Shown here one piece after another: positions 26,801 to 38,900 of a DNA stretch of 64,000 nucleotides. The translations under genes and the position numbers were made by a program. Every line of letters begins with the position of its first letter. Positions within the stretch are counted from its first letter, which is position 1. The notes beneath the pieces were generated by a model. The model searched no databases, was not told the origin of the DNA, and saw nothing but the letters and a program-made list of their open reading frames with translations. Where the stretch lies: positions 12,090,001-12,154,000 of the forward strand of contig NW_027361803.1 of NCBI RefSeq assembly GCF_039654945.1, given 5' to 3'. The stretch is from Dendrobates tinctorius (Eukaryota).

Positions 26801-26949
26801 GAAGTACAATATGTCACGAGAAAACAATGTCAGAATCACCGGGATCCATGGAAGCGTACCAGAGTTATGACCTCATAAAGGGACAGCGGTCAGAATTGTA
26901 AAAATTGGCCTGGTCATGAACGTGCAAACCACCTTTGGGGGTAAAGGGG
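23821..26949. mobile_element. Non-autonomous piggyBac-like DNA transposon with TTAA TSD
   Basis: TTAA at 23817-23820 and 26950-26953, terminal CCCCTTT / AAAGGGG. No transposase ORF. Internal ~385-bp tandem units and a TTAGGG-like tract. Confidence 0.8.
25295..26300. repeat. Internal tandem repeat of about 385 bp, roughly 2.6 copies
   Basis: GGGGTTTCCACT...CATCAGGGGCT...ATGGCGTC recurs near 25297, 25690 and 26064. Confidence 0.75.
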
Positions 26950-27659
26950 TTAAAATGCAATAACAGGCGATCAAAAGAACCTATCTGCATAAAATTGGTA
27001 TAATTAAAATGTCAGCTCGGCACGCAAAAAATAAGCCCTCACCCGACGCCAGATCACGAAAAGTGGAGATGCTATGGATCTCAGAAAATGGCGTTTTTTT
27101 TTTTTTTTTAACAAACTTTGGAATTTGATTTCACCACTTAGATAAAAAAGAACCTCGACATGTTTGGTGTCTGTGAACTCGTAATGACCGGGAGAATCAT
27201 AATAGCAGCTCAGATTTAGCATTTATAAACCTAAAACAATTCCGTGGCCATACGGATATACCTCTCAGGCCTCAACTACAACCAAAACAGAAAAAAAACC
27301 CCAATGCAAAGACCCAAAGGTCATGAGGCTATAAATAATTTCAGGCTATAATAGCTAGTGAAAAAGAGTCACCGCACAAAAAGAGAGGATTTATTCAAAA
27401 GTATCAAATTTTATTATATATACATATATTATAAAGACATATACAGTGCTAATGATGAGGTAGATGGAATTAAAGCAACTCACAGAATGGCTTAGTAAGT
27501 GGTTGACAAATATAATGCCAGACAGAAAAAACGTCTCCGGGCTACCCTCTGCACAAGATCTGTTATACCGGTAGTAATAATAAAATTTCTAGATATTATT
27601 TATAAATTTATATAGCTGCACTTATTAGTATACGTATAGCAAACAAAAGATCCAATCAT

Positions 27660-28247
27660 CTATCCCGATATATAGGAAATATATAGGCTGAATCGTATAG
27701 AAACGATTAATTGTAAATGAGAGGTATTATCTAAGCATGCTCAAGATGAAAAAATAACATGTGATGATGTACAAAAACTATTAGATAAAAAAAAATATAT
27801 ACTAGACATACTTGAGATGCATAAGGAGCCTGTGATAATGTCCAAAGCCGATATTATATCAATAGACTATAATCCTAAAAGATAATAACACTACAAACCA
27901 TTTCTTATATATTAGAAATACGAAGACAAATGCTTCAACTATAGAAATACCAGTAGACTAAATGGTAATCTCCATTAAATATTGATTAATGCCCATATAT
28001 CAGGCTTATAGTGGAGATGCCATCTAGTCTATGTATTAGAGCCTATGTAAGGGTAATAGAAATAGCTGGACATTATCACAGGCTCCTTATGCATCTCAAA
28101 TATGTCTAGTATTTATTTTTTTATCGAATAGTTTTTGTACATCATCACGTTATTTTTTCATCTTGAGCATGCTTAGATAATACCTCTCATTTACAATTAA
28201 TCGTTTCTATACGATTCAGCCTATATATTTCCTATATATCGGGATAG
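27660..28247. repeat. AT-rich long inverted repeat (arms about 185 bp, spacer about 220 bp)
   Basis: 27660-27844 is the near-exact reverse complement of 28067-28247. Confidence 0.85.
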
Positions 28248-28303
28248 GGAATGAATGAGGTTGAATGCAGTGTTGCCATAAGTGATGTTATGTGGCAGAT
28301 GCA

Positions 28304-31240
28304 GAAAATAGAATTAGACTTACCGGTAATTCAGTTTCTAGGAACCTTCCACGACAGTCACCTTGGAGGATGTCTCCCCGCCCTAATGGGGGACAGGAAA
28401 TACAAAAGAGCTTAGATAACCCTCCCCTTCCTGCTACCTCCAGTGTTTTTTTCTGGACACAGATAGCATGTACGTATAGTTACCACCAGAGCGTAGGAAT
28501 CATCCCGTAGGAACATCAGATAGTGAGAGAAATTAGTGGTGTCGTGGAAGGTTCCTAGAAACCGAATTACCGGTAAGTCTAATTCTATTTTCTCCAGTCA
28601 CCTTCCACGACAGTCACCTTGGAGTCATACCAACACTAAGGGAGGGATCACGGCTTGCAGAACTCATCTGCCAAATATTAGATCCCTATCGAAATTTAAT
28701 CTATAGTGTTTGGTGAAAGTATGAACAGAAGACCAGGTGGCGACTCTGCAGATCTGCTCAGATGATGCGCTCCCTCTTGCTGCCCATGATGTAGCGACTG
28801 ATCCTTTGCCAAATATGCCAAGCAAATGGCCTGTTTGATCCAGTTTGCAATAGTGTTTTTTTGCCGCTTTCATCCCTTTATTTTGTACGGAATAAAGAGA
28901 TTCTGGTCAATTCTCCAGTCTTTAGTTAGCTTGAGGTAATGGAGAACCACTCTGCGGACATCCAACGTGTGGAATTTATCTTCCTTCGGATTAGAAGGAT
29001 TCGGGCAAAATGAGGGCAGCACTATATCCTGACCCCTATGAAAGTCTGAGACGACTTTGGGCATAAAGGAGGGGTCCAAGCGCAGCACTATACTATCACA
29101 GTTCAGGGATAGGTAGGGTTCTTCTATGCGTTTAACTGTGGTAATTGCCACTAGAAACACTGTCTTAAGTCTTAGGGTTTTCAATGATATTGAAGGCAAG
29201 AGCTCAAACGGGGCCTGTGTTAGTCTATTGAAAACTAGATTCCCAGGGGGGAACTTTACTAGGAAGTGTAGGGCGTATTCTATTTGCCGAGGTCATAAAC
29301 CGTTTGATCCAACGGTGTTTGGCTAGATCTTGGTAAAAAAAGGGACTAAGCGCGGAGACCTGAACCTTTAGTGTGCTTGGGGTAAGTCCTAGCTCCAAGT
29401 CCCTTCTGGAGGAAGTCTAGGATCTGTGCGATGTTGGGATGGAATGTGTTCGGGATGTTAGGGAGGCACCAGGAAGAGAACTTCTTCCATACTTTGCCAT
29501 AGATGGCATTGGTTACCGGTTTCCTGCTTTTTTGGAGAGTTTGGATTACTTTGTCCGAAAGACCCCTGGCTTTCAGGATGGTGGCTTCAGTAACCAAGCC
29601 GCACGTTTCAGTCTGTTGAGGTTTGGGCACAGTAAGGGACCTTGATAGAAGAGGTCGTTCTTTTTTGGGGAAGGAGTAAGGGACCTTCCAGGGCCATGTC
29701 CCTGAAAGGGGATGGCACAAAGTTTAGCTTTAGAGGTGATATCACCCCTCAAAGATTTCAGCCAAAGGGCTCTCCTGGCCGAATTAGAGGACTAAAGATT
29801 TGGCCGCAACCCGAACAGATTCCCGAGGCATCGGCTAAGAAGCCTGTTGCCTTTTGGAGGAGTGGTAGGGAGTCCAGAATCTCCTCTCTGGAAGTTCCCT
29901 GCGAGAGGTGCTCTTCCAACGTGCGAAGCCAGAAAAAAAGGGCTCTGGCAACGCAGGTAGAGGCCACATTTGTTTTGAGCAAATTGGTGGAGGCCTCCCA
30001 GGATTTCTTCAGGTGGCTTTCTATTTTTCGATCCATGGGATCTTTTAACTGGGAAGTATCCTCAAGCGGGAGAGACGTCTTCTTGGTCACCTTGGAGACC
30101 TGGACGTCTATCTTAGGGATTTCCCAAGTAGAGTTGTCACCATCAAGGGAAAAGGTTTTGGACATTTTCATGAATGGGAAACCCTTTCCTACCTCTGGGT
30201 TTTAGCCCCCCAAACATCTCATCTTGGACCGAAAGCTTCACTTCCTCCTCAACCCCCATGGTGTTTCTCACCATGGAAACAAGCTCCTCTAAGTCTTCAG
30301 AGGAGAAATAGTGCTTTTTGCTTTCAGGTTTAGGGGTGGATGTGGAGCCCTCATCTTCCCAAATATCCTCCGACCCCGCGGTACAGACCTCACCCTAGTC
30401 TGAGTCAGATTCGGGAGGTGCCATTTTGCTCTTTTTAGGGAAAGTGTGGGATGTGGCGTCAGGGTTTGGGAAAAGGTCGCCATGGAGGTCTGCACCTCAT
30501 GTTTAGTGAGCGTTTTAATACTATCCAGGAGGGAGGGCTGCTCGGCACATAATATGTCATCTGTGCAAGGTTGGCAAAGCTTCTTTGTATAAGCAGAGGG
30601 AAGCCTGGAACCGCAAACACCACACTTGTGGCTGGGTTTATTCTTGCGGGTTTTCTCCCTAAAAGAGAGAGAAGGTATACTAAGTGACCCATAGCTATTA
30701 AATGGCTGGACAATAAGGAACCAACCCCGCTACTTACAGTAGAAGGGTTAATGCTGGGCTCTGCTGATGCAGTTACCGGAGATTTGTCGCCATCCATGGT
30801 CAGAACTGTCACCAGTCAGAGACACTGCGTCTTACCTGGAGGCTCCCGACCAGGATATGAAGGGATCGAGGTCCAGCGTCAATTGTGTGCCCCTCCTCCC
30901 GCTTGGTCCGTAGGGAGGAACCCGAGGAGCGACCCTATAGTGCTATAGTACCGGAGCCACCCCGGGCTGCAAAGCAGCGCGTGCGTTCCAGCCTGGAATG
31001 CATCAGGCCGCAAAACCGGAAGTGCGCACTGACGTCACTCCCGGTGAGCGCGGACTCCAGTACCCAGGGGAGGACGACGCCGGGGAGCTGCATGACCCCG
31101 GCCGCACGCTTCCGCCCCGCTTTACCCTCCCGAAGAAGCGCAGGAGGGGTGGAGAGAGGATTTCGAGTCACACTGTGCCGTGGAGACGGGAGCAGCCAGA
31201 TGGAGGAGAGGCGAACCTAAAAGTGCCTAGGGCAGCATAA
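28304..31240 (-). mobile_element. DIRS retrotransposon 2: tyrosine recombinase and gag remnants, RT/RNase H deleted, 3' ITR/ICR retained
   Basis: Inverted pair 28304-28356 / 28540-28592 and direct repeat 28344-28368 / 28600-28624. YR remnants LKTVFLVAIT, LDVRR, ICRVATWSSVHTFTKHYRL at 28664-29720. Gag remnants PKIDVQV, LKDPMDRKIE at 29758-30800. 5' boundary approximate. Confidence 0.82.
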
Positions 31241-32150
31241 ACTCTAAATATGGCTCTGGATAGGGGGCAGAGTTGGGTGAAGATCAGGTCTAATGTATAT
31301 CCATCTGTGTGCGTGGCTGCGGACCACTGTGTGAGGCCAAACGACGAGGCAAGTGACAGTAGTTTAGATGCTGAGTAGTGATGAGCGAGTATACCCATTG
31401 CTCGGAGATTTAGTTCTCGTTGTCTCAGCTGCATGATTTGCGACTGCTAGACAGCCTGAAAACATGTGTGCAATGCCTGTTTGTTAGGGATTTCCCACAT
31501 GTATTCAGCCTGTCTACAAGTCGCAAATCATGCAGCTGAGACTACGAAAACTAAATCTCTGAGCACGCCAAAATACTCGATCACCCGAGCAGCAATGCTA
31601 CTCGCCCATCACTAATGCTGAGGACTGCTGGGTGACAGTGGGGATATTGAGGTCACTCATATTGATGAAGGGTATGTCAGCAGAGAAAGTGCAGAAACCA
31701 GGCGGAGAATTGGTCAATAAAGACAATGGCTAGGCCCGGGGGGTATATGACGGCCACTTGGAGGTTGGAGGGAGAGTAGGGCTGGACAGAGTGGACTTCA
31801 AAGGATAGGATAAGGGAGGGTGCAGGTGGGATTGGGTTGAAGGTGCAGGTGTTAGAAAGACCCACTCCTCCACCATGTCTGTTGCCAGGGTGAGGTGTAG
31901 GTCACCGTAACAGAGGTCATGTTGGAGGGCATAAGCCATGTTTTGGTGAGGCCAAGGAAGGATTGGTTGCGTGGGATGAAGGGATCATGAAAAACATAGC
32001 TTATTACAGATGAAGTGAGTGTTCCAGGAAGAAGGCCCGGTGGAGAGGGGGAATAGGTTTTTTTTATATGTCAGAGACATCGGTAGTTTCTAGCAGGTGA
32101 GCAGTGATAGGAGGGAGAAACACTGGGGGGTGGGAGGTGGCCGTGTTTAT
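31240..32150 (-). mobile_element. Degraded CR1/L2-type LINE endonuclease fragment
   Basis: Translated pieces LQVAVIYPP, FIDQFSAW and THTDGYTLDLIFT resemble the APE domain of CR1/L2 ORF2. Confidence 0.6.
31376..31614. mobile_element. hAT-type MITE (239 bp)
   Basis: 8-bp TSD ATGCTGAG at 31368-31375 and 31615-31622; 16-bp TIR TAGTGATG(A/G)GCGAGTA; internal palindromic arms. Confidence 0.88.
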
Positions 32151-32982
32151 CAGCTGTGGAGGTCCGGGATTAGGAGAAACGTTATACTTGCGACTTACAA
32201 GTGTTGCGGTTTTTGTGTTTATTCTGCTTTACTAAAGTGCACTATAAGGTTTCCCAGTGACCCATTTCCAACAAATGCAGTATGTTACGTGCACATGTAA
32301 GCAGGCGCTGGGGTCGGAGTGAACTCTAATTTAACCCTCTAGATGCCACGGTCTCAGCATCTAAATTACCAGAGGGCAGAGCCTGCATGTGATTAAAGAG
32401 ACATAGCGAATCAGAAGAACTATACTACAATTCTAATTGACATTTGCTAATAATATTATTACAGCTACTACATATTGGGATAGGATTTGGAGATGGGAAT
32501 GCCTCCAAGTTGTCTATGGGGACTAACAAAAAAAAACAAAACAAAAAGAATGGGTTGTCATTTGCTATAAGCCTCGTCTACAGTCGACCGGATCCATCGG
32601 GCTACAGTGGCTGCTTGACCCCCACCTCATACTGGAAGAGTGAAAAGGGAGGCCAAAGCGCCGAAAGGGGGAGTAGATGTGAAAAGAGCAAAGTCCAAAA
32701 GCTGAAGGAGACTGGACGTGTAACCATTGACTTCTCTATGAGAACGCTGCCCCTGGTTAGTCCCAGTCTCAGTGGTGCAGCTGCAGTTTTAGGGGTCTTT
32801 AATGTACATTATTGGCGTCTTATCCTTTCCTCTGGTTGGTCCCCTTTCACACCCTGGTGTTTGGCGCAGTATAAACGTCAATTTGATTATAAATGCGAGT
32901 GAGGTAACAGACGAAGACTTTTCCTTTTATTTTATAAAACAGATCCTCGGGCCCCGACCTGGTAAGTGCACCCCGCCACAGT

Positions 32983-35900
32983 TCATACGCGTCCTTTTTG
33001 GCTCAGTCTTTGGCGTTTGAACTTTTTGTCTTTCCGTTTCTTGTTGGGTTTGAGGACCGGTGGCTGCGTCTCAATAACTTGAGGTTTCTTTTCAGCCTTG
33101 GTGGTGAACACGTCAGCCGTGGGGTCGTGAGGAACGACCACCACCCCTTCAGTCTTCTTCATTTTCTGCAGTTCTTTCACTTGTTGCTTCTCCCGAATCT
33201 TTGCCGCCGTTTCTAATCGGATAATGCGCCGATGCTGAAAGAGAAGTCGTCAGCAAATTGTGCAGGAAAGTCACATGAAAAAGATCAACGTAATGGACAA
33301 AGACCAGCATAGTCATGTCCATAAAAACTGCAGGGGGACGTACCATATTCGGGGACTGGTAGTAAGGGTTCTCGTACAGGGTCGGACCTCCAAAGCTGCC
33401 TTTGAAAATCTTGATGAGATTCAGCACAAATCGCGGTCCGATCTCCACCAGAGATGCGTCCTCCTCTATGATCTGCGGAAACAGGACGAGATGCAGAATT
33501 ACAAGACGAATCCAAAGCCAAGGATCGATCAATGGTCACACACTGTGTGCAGGCAACACTTCGGCACCGTCAGCTGCATGTCTACAGCGCTGGCGCATAA
33601 AGCGGTGCCAATCTGAACTGTGCACTAGGAGGAGCTGGAAAAACTGCACCGGCAGACAGCGAGGTGGTCTTTATGTCAGCTCGGTGAAGGACGCCAAGGT
33701 CGGCCAATCTTCATTTATTTCATCCCCCACTTTAAGCCATTTATTTAAGGGTTAAATATTTATAGATTTCGATAGATCAGACTAATTTCTGGGTGGCCTT
33801 CACAGGAGTACCATGTATGGTGGACTTCCGCAAACTCCCGGCTGCTGTGGCCTCCCGTGGTCGTGTTGCGAGGGGGAGGTTGGGTGATGTGCACCTGAAC
33901 AGACCTCCCGCTTATGTGCTGCAGCATTGAAATGGTTAAACCGCAGCGACTGGCACAAGCCTCTGATCACTGATTTTAGATATTTAGCACAGCTGGACCC
34001 TTCTTGTGTGCAGCGGGGGTCAGCTCCAGGATGCAGGAGGATTAGACGGCGAAACTCATTTGTGACTCGTCCTGCGAGTTTATGTCACCTATATGGAGGT
34101 GCAAGAATTTAAAGAGAAGAATAAGGACGGACCTGATAATTCCTGAACCAGATCCTCTTATCTGCTACGGAGAAGGTGAAGACGTGGTCCACGAACGGCT
34201 GACTCTTGGGGTGATATCTCGGGGTTCCAAAAATCTGCAATCGAGAGACCGAGATATTACGTGAAGAAATGGCGCCGAGAACCGAAACGCACGGACGCAG
34301 AAGTCGCCGTTACCTGAATGAAGAGCTCCTTCAGCAACGAGAGGTACGGATCCTGATCAAAAGCCTGCGGGGGGAGGAGAGGGGGTGTGTAAGCTGCAGC
34401 AAAGGATGCTGGGACTTGTAGTTCTATACCAAATACATTAGTTTTTTTTTTTTTTTAAATACGAACCGGATCAAAGGAGAGCAGCGGACGGGAGCCCTTC
34501 AGGCAGTTTCCAGTCATCTTCAGCTCTGCCAGCGTGTGAACTCGAAAAAGGGAAGAAGAGATTTTTTTTTTTTAAACCTGCATCGGATCCACAGAAAATG
34601 ACAGTATACAGCATAAAGCATTTTCATTGCTAGTCCTGGGCGCAATGTGAGGTCGGTGTGGACAGCAGACGACTACATACACGTGTGCACATCTGTCTGA
34701 TGTCATCAGATACGGACAGAGCTGCACGGTCCTGGCCACGTGGATTTGGCCTCAGAAAATTATAAAATGTGAAAAGTTTTTTTTGTTATTTTTTATGCAT
34801 TTACAATATTTTATCACTTTTATCACCCTCAAATTTGGGGGAAAATGGGGGTAAGTCTTATAATCTGAATGTAGCTTACCAGCTGCGGTGGAGCGGGGTC
34901 CCAGGGTCGCTGCTACAGGAAGCTTCTGGCGGCGGCAGGAGTGGGGTGATGCTATGGACCCCAGGCTGGTAGAAGGGGGTGTTCGGCGGTGCAAGGGCTC
35001 CGCCGACATTTTGTGAAAGCCCAGCACTCCTGTACTTCCCATAAATGCTTGCAGAGCCCCCGCACCGCTGAATTCCACCTCCTATCAGCATCGCCCCACT
35101 CCGACCAGCCTGGGACTTGCAGCATCTCCTACCACCGCCGCAAGTAGCGACCCTCCCACCTGGGACCCCGATCAACCGCCGCCCAGCTAAGCTACCATAA
35201 AAGCAACTAAGACGCACCATCATTTTAGCTTTTAAAAAAAAAAAAAAAGTTTTATTTTTCTCCCTGACATTTGGTGTGCGTTTTATAATTCAGTGCGCCT
35301 TATAATCCACAAAACATGGTATTTTAAAAAGATCTTTAAATATTGCATGAACATTAGAACATATGGTTATCTGATGCTTCCTGATTTCTGCAGCTTACGG
35401 AACTTTGCTGTATAGACTGGGACAGAATAAGCGGAGTCATTTCAATACAAGTAGAAGTTTCGCTTTTCGGTATAGACTGGGGACAGATGAACAGTCTTTA
35501 CATTACAATTGGTAGGTGCAGGGAATTAATAAAAATATCTTGAAATCCTGCATGTCTCGCTCAAAACTAAACACACAATTAGCTGATGCTTCTTGGTTTC
35601 TGCAGCTCACTTAGCTTTGCTGTATAGACTGGGACAGGATGGGGTCATTTCATTACAATTAGAAGGTGGAGGGAGTAAATGACAGCTCTACTGTGCTGCC
35701 TGTAGCATCAGATCTAATATATTGTGCCGCACATTCTGCAAGAAATAGTCCGCACTACGGCTACAAGAGACCCTCGCCCTATGACATCCACATGCTATAA
35801 TAGAGTGCTCAGAAAAGGGACCGATGTTTTAAGTTAAAAAAAATGAAATTAAAAGACAAGATATCAGACACTTTTGGATCAGGAGTAACTTTGTATCTAG

Positions 35901-38900
35901 GACCCGGTCAGGACCAATCATCCCTCCACTTCCCATCCTTCTCACTTATTTGTTACTTACTGTTCTGGACCAAGAATTTAGCCGATGGTCCCTCGGGGGC
36001 GTTTGATATCCTAAAATATAAAAAAAAAGTATTGAAGCCGTCACTAGAGGGATTATCTGAGGAGAGCAGCCGGGTAGTCAGCGAGGGGTCACTCACCACA
36101 TGTACAGATCCTGCTTCTTCTTCGCCTCGAAATAAATACATTTGTTGCAGTTTTTCATCTCACAAACCTGCGAGATGAGAAAACCGTTAGAGAGCGACGA
36201 GGTGACGGCGCCATTTATTCAGCGCCAGCACAAAACCAGCAACACCAACGGGGGTCGGAGAAGATTACACGGAGGCAACAGGCGCTCAGCTGCTCTTAAA
36301 AGGGGGAGCAGAAGCCGAGGAGGAAGCCTCGCTTATGGGTATGGTCACAAAATATCATCCACACGCTGCGTAAAAAAATCTGAGCAAAGACGTCGAGTTG
36401 CGCTGCAGGTTTTGATTTCACGCTTTGAGGGACACAGGAAAAAAAAATCCTAGAAAATCAGCATGAAACTCGTGCACTTTTTTCCCGCTGATTAGTAGCC
36501 GATTTTTTCAGCTCAGTTGCCATGCGACGTGGACGCACCCTCGAAGTGTCCACAGCGGCCGTCACATACCTCATTAATGACGAACAGTTTATCTTTCCGG
36601 TCCATTTTTGTATCTACAAATATAAAAAGTGAAAGAAGGTGAAAAAGAATGAGAATGATGAAAACTTTCACACGAGCCCTGTGACGAAGCCTCCACGTTC
36701 CCATCATAGTCTGTTCTGCATCGCTAGGAGCTGCCGTTACGTCCTGATTTTTGGGGATTAGATCTAAGGACCCCACAGACCACCACAACTTCCTGCAGTG
36801 GGGGGGCAGTAATGTAGGGTCCCTGCACCATCGTAGGGTATTGTTATGGTGTGTGACCAGATCTCTACTATTCCTATCCTTCCATTCCCAGTTGCCCCTT
36901 TATCTTCCGGTCCATCATAAAGCCTGGAGGAAGCGGCGCGTTACGAGGAGCGTCGCAGCGGCACTTACCGGCTTTGGCGTGCGGCATTAACGTTTTCAAG
37001 TCGTGCATTAAATGTCGTGTTCGGAAATTAATTCCACGGGAAGAAAATATCAGCACCCGCTCCTTGTTCATCCATTTGCCCTGCAACAACAAGATGGCGA
37101 CACATAAGATCCAGGACGTGTGCAGGTACCTGGCGCCATTAATGTAGGGGCACGGGACCACCTTCACCTGGAGGGCGCTATATCAGCCATCGCTCCAGGA
37201 CCTCTGCTTCCTGCTCCTCACCCCGAGGCTGATCAGTGGCCGGCGGTTTTGCTTCCTAATATCCCCCAGAATAATGACAGGAGTTTAGGGCGATCGTTCC
37301 CAGCAGATACATACCGGAGGCTGCGCGCTCCCCAGACCTCGTCCTCAGGGCAGAGGCGGCCATTTATTATTCTATTTGGACTTTTTCTTGTCTAGCTTTT
37401 GGATGTTTTTCACCTGCTTTTTAAATTTGCGCCTATTTAAAAGTAATTTCATATGTGTTTGCTCCAAAAATGATGAAACGGGCCTGGTATACACATGTAT
37501 GACCCTGTGCTGGAGTATACAGGCTGGGGAAAAGACGAGTATACAGGATATACATGGGATGATGCATAAACCACACTCCAGGGGTCGGCCCCGGAGCGCC
37601 AGGGTATAGGGCGGTATACGGGGTGCTCCAGTCTACCACCAGCTCTATTGGGGGCCGTGCACACGGCGCCTTTTTCTCGTGAGAATCTGGAGGTTTTGGA
37701 GAGGACGACGCTTCAGGAAATGCCGATTATTATTTCCCCTCCATAGCGGGGCCGGGGAGCTGGAGTCAGTATAAAACGTATCGACTCCTAAAATACGGAA
37801 TCCTGATGTCAATCCTCTAAGAACAGAGACTTAAAGGAATAGTTCTGTCTCCAGGATCCAATCCTGATCGGCATTACAGTCATGGCCAAAAGTTTTGAGA
37901 ATGACACAAATATTAATTTTTACAAAGTCTACTGCTTCATTTTTTCTAATGGCAATTTGCATATACTCCAGAATGTTATAAAGAGTGATCAGCTTAACAG
38001 CAAATACTTGCAAAGTCAATATTTGCCTAGAAAATGAACTTTATCCCCCAAAACACATTTCAACATCATTGCAGCCCTGCCTTAAAAGGACCAGCTAACA
38101 TCGTTTCAGTGATTGCTCCATTAACACAGGTGTGGGTGTTGATGAGGACAGGGCTGGAGATCAATCTGTCATGATTAAGTAAGAATGACACCACTGGACA
38201 CTTTAAAAGGAGGCTGGTGCTTGGCATCATTGTTTCTCTTCTGTTAACCATGGTTATCTCTAAAGAAACACGTGCAGTCATCATTGCACTGCACAAAAAC
38301 GGCCTAACAGGGAAGAGTATCGCAGCTACAAAGATTACGCCTCAGTCAACAATCTATCGCATCATCAAGAACTTCAAGGAGAGAGGTTCCCTTGTTGCCA
38401 AAAAGGCTCCAGGGCGCCCAAGAAAGACCAGCAAGCGCCAGGACCGTCTCTTAAAAGTGTTTCAGCTGCGGGATTGGGCTACCAGCAGTGCAGAGCTTGC
38501 TCAGGAATGGCAGCAGGCAGGTGTGAGTGCATCTGCACGCACTGTGAGGCGGAGACTCTTGGAGCAAGGCCTGGTCTCAAGGAGGGCAACAAAGAAGCCT
38601 CTTCTCTCCAGAAAAAACATCATGGACAGACTGATATTCTGCAAGAGGTACAGGGAGTGGACTGCTGAGGACTGGGGTAAAGTCAGTTTCACTGATGAAT
38701 CCCCTTTTCGATTGTTTGGGACATCTGGAAAATGGCTTATTCGGAGAAGACCAGGTGAGCGCTACCACCAGTCTTGTCTCATGCCAACTGTCAAGCATCC
38801 TGAAACCATTCATGTGTGGGGTGGCTTCTCAGCCAAGGGAATGGGCTCTCTCTCAGTCTTGCCTAAAAACACAGCCATGAATAAAGAATGGTACCAGAAT

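Noticed and set aside
32444-32902. 152-aa plus-strand ORF downstream of BRIX1
   Set aside because: No ATG start or recognisable motif; it lies antisense to the probable BRIX1 3' UTR.
34790-35320. Possible non-autonomous DNA transposon remnant in a BRIX1 intron
   Set aside because: Only one end resembles a terminal repeat, so the boundaries are not supportable.
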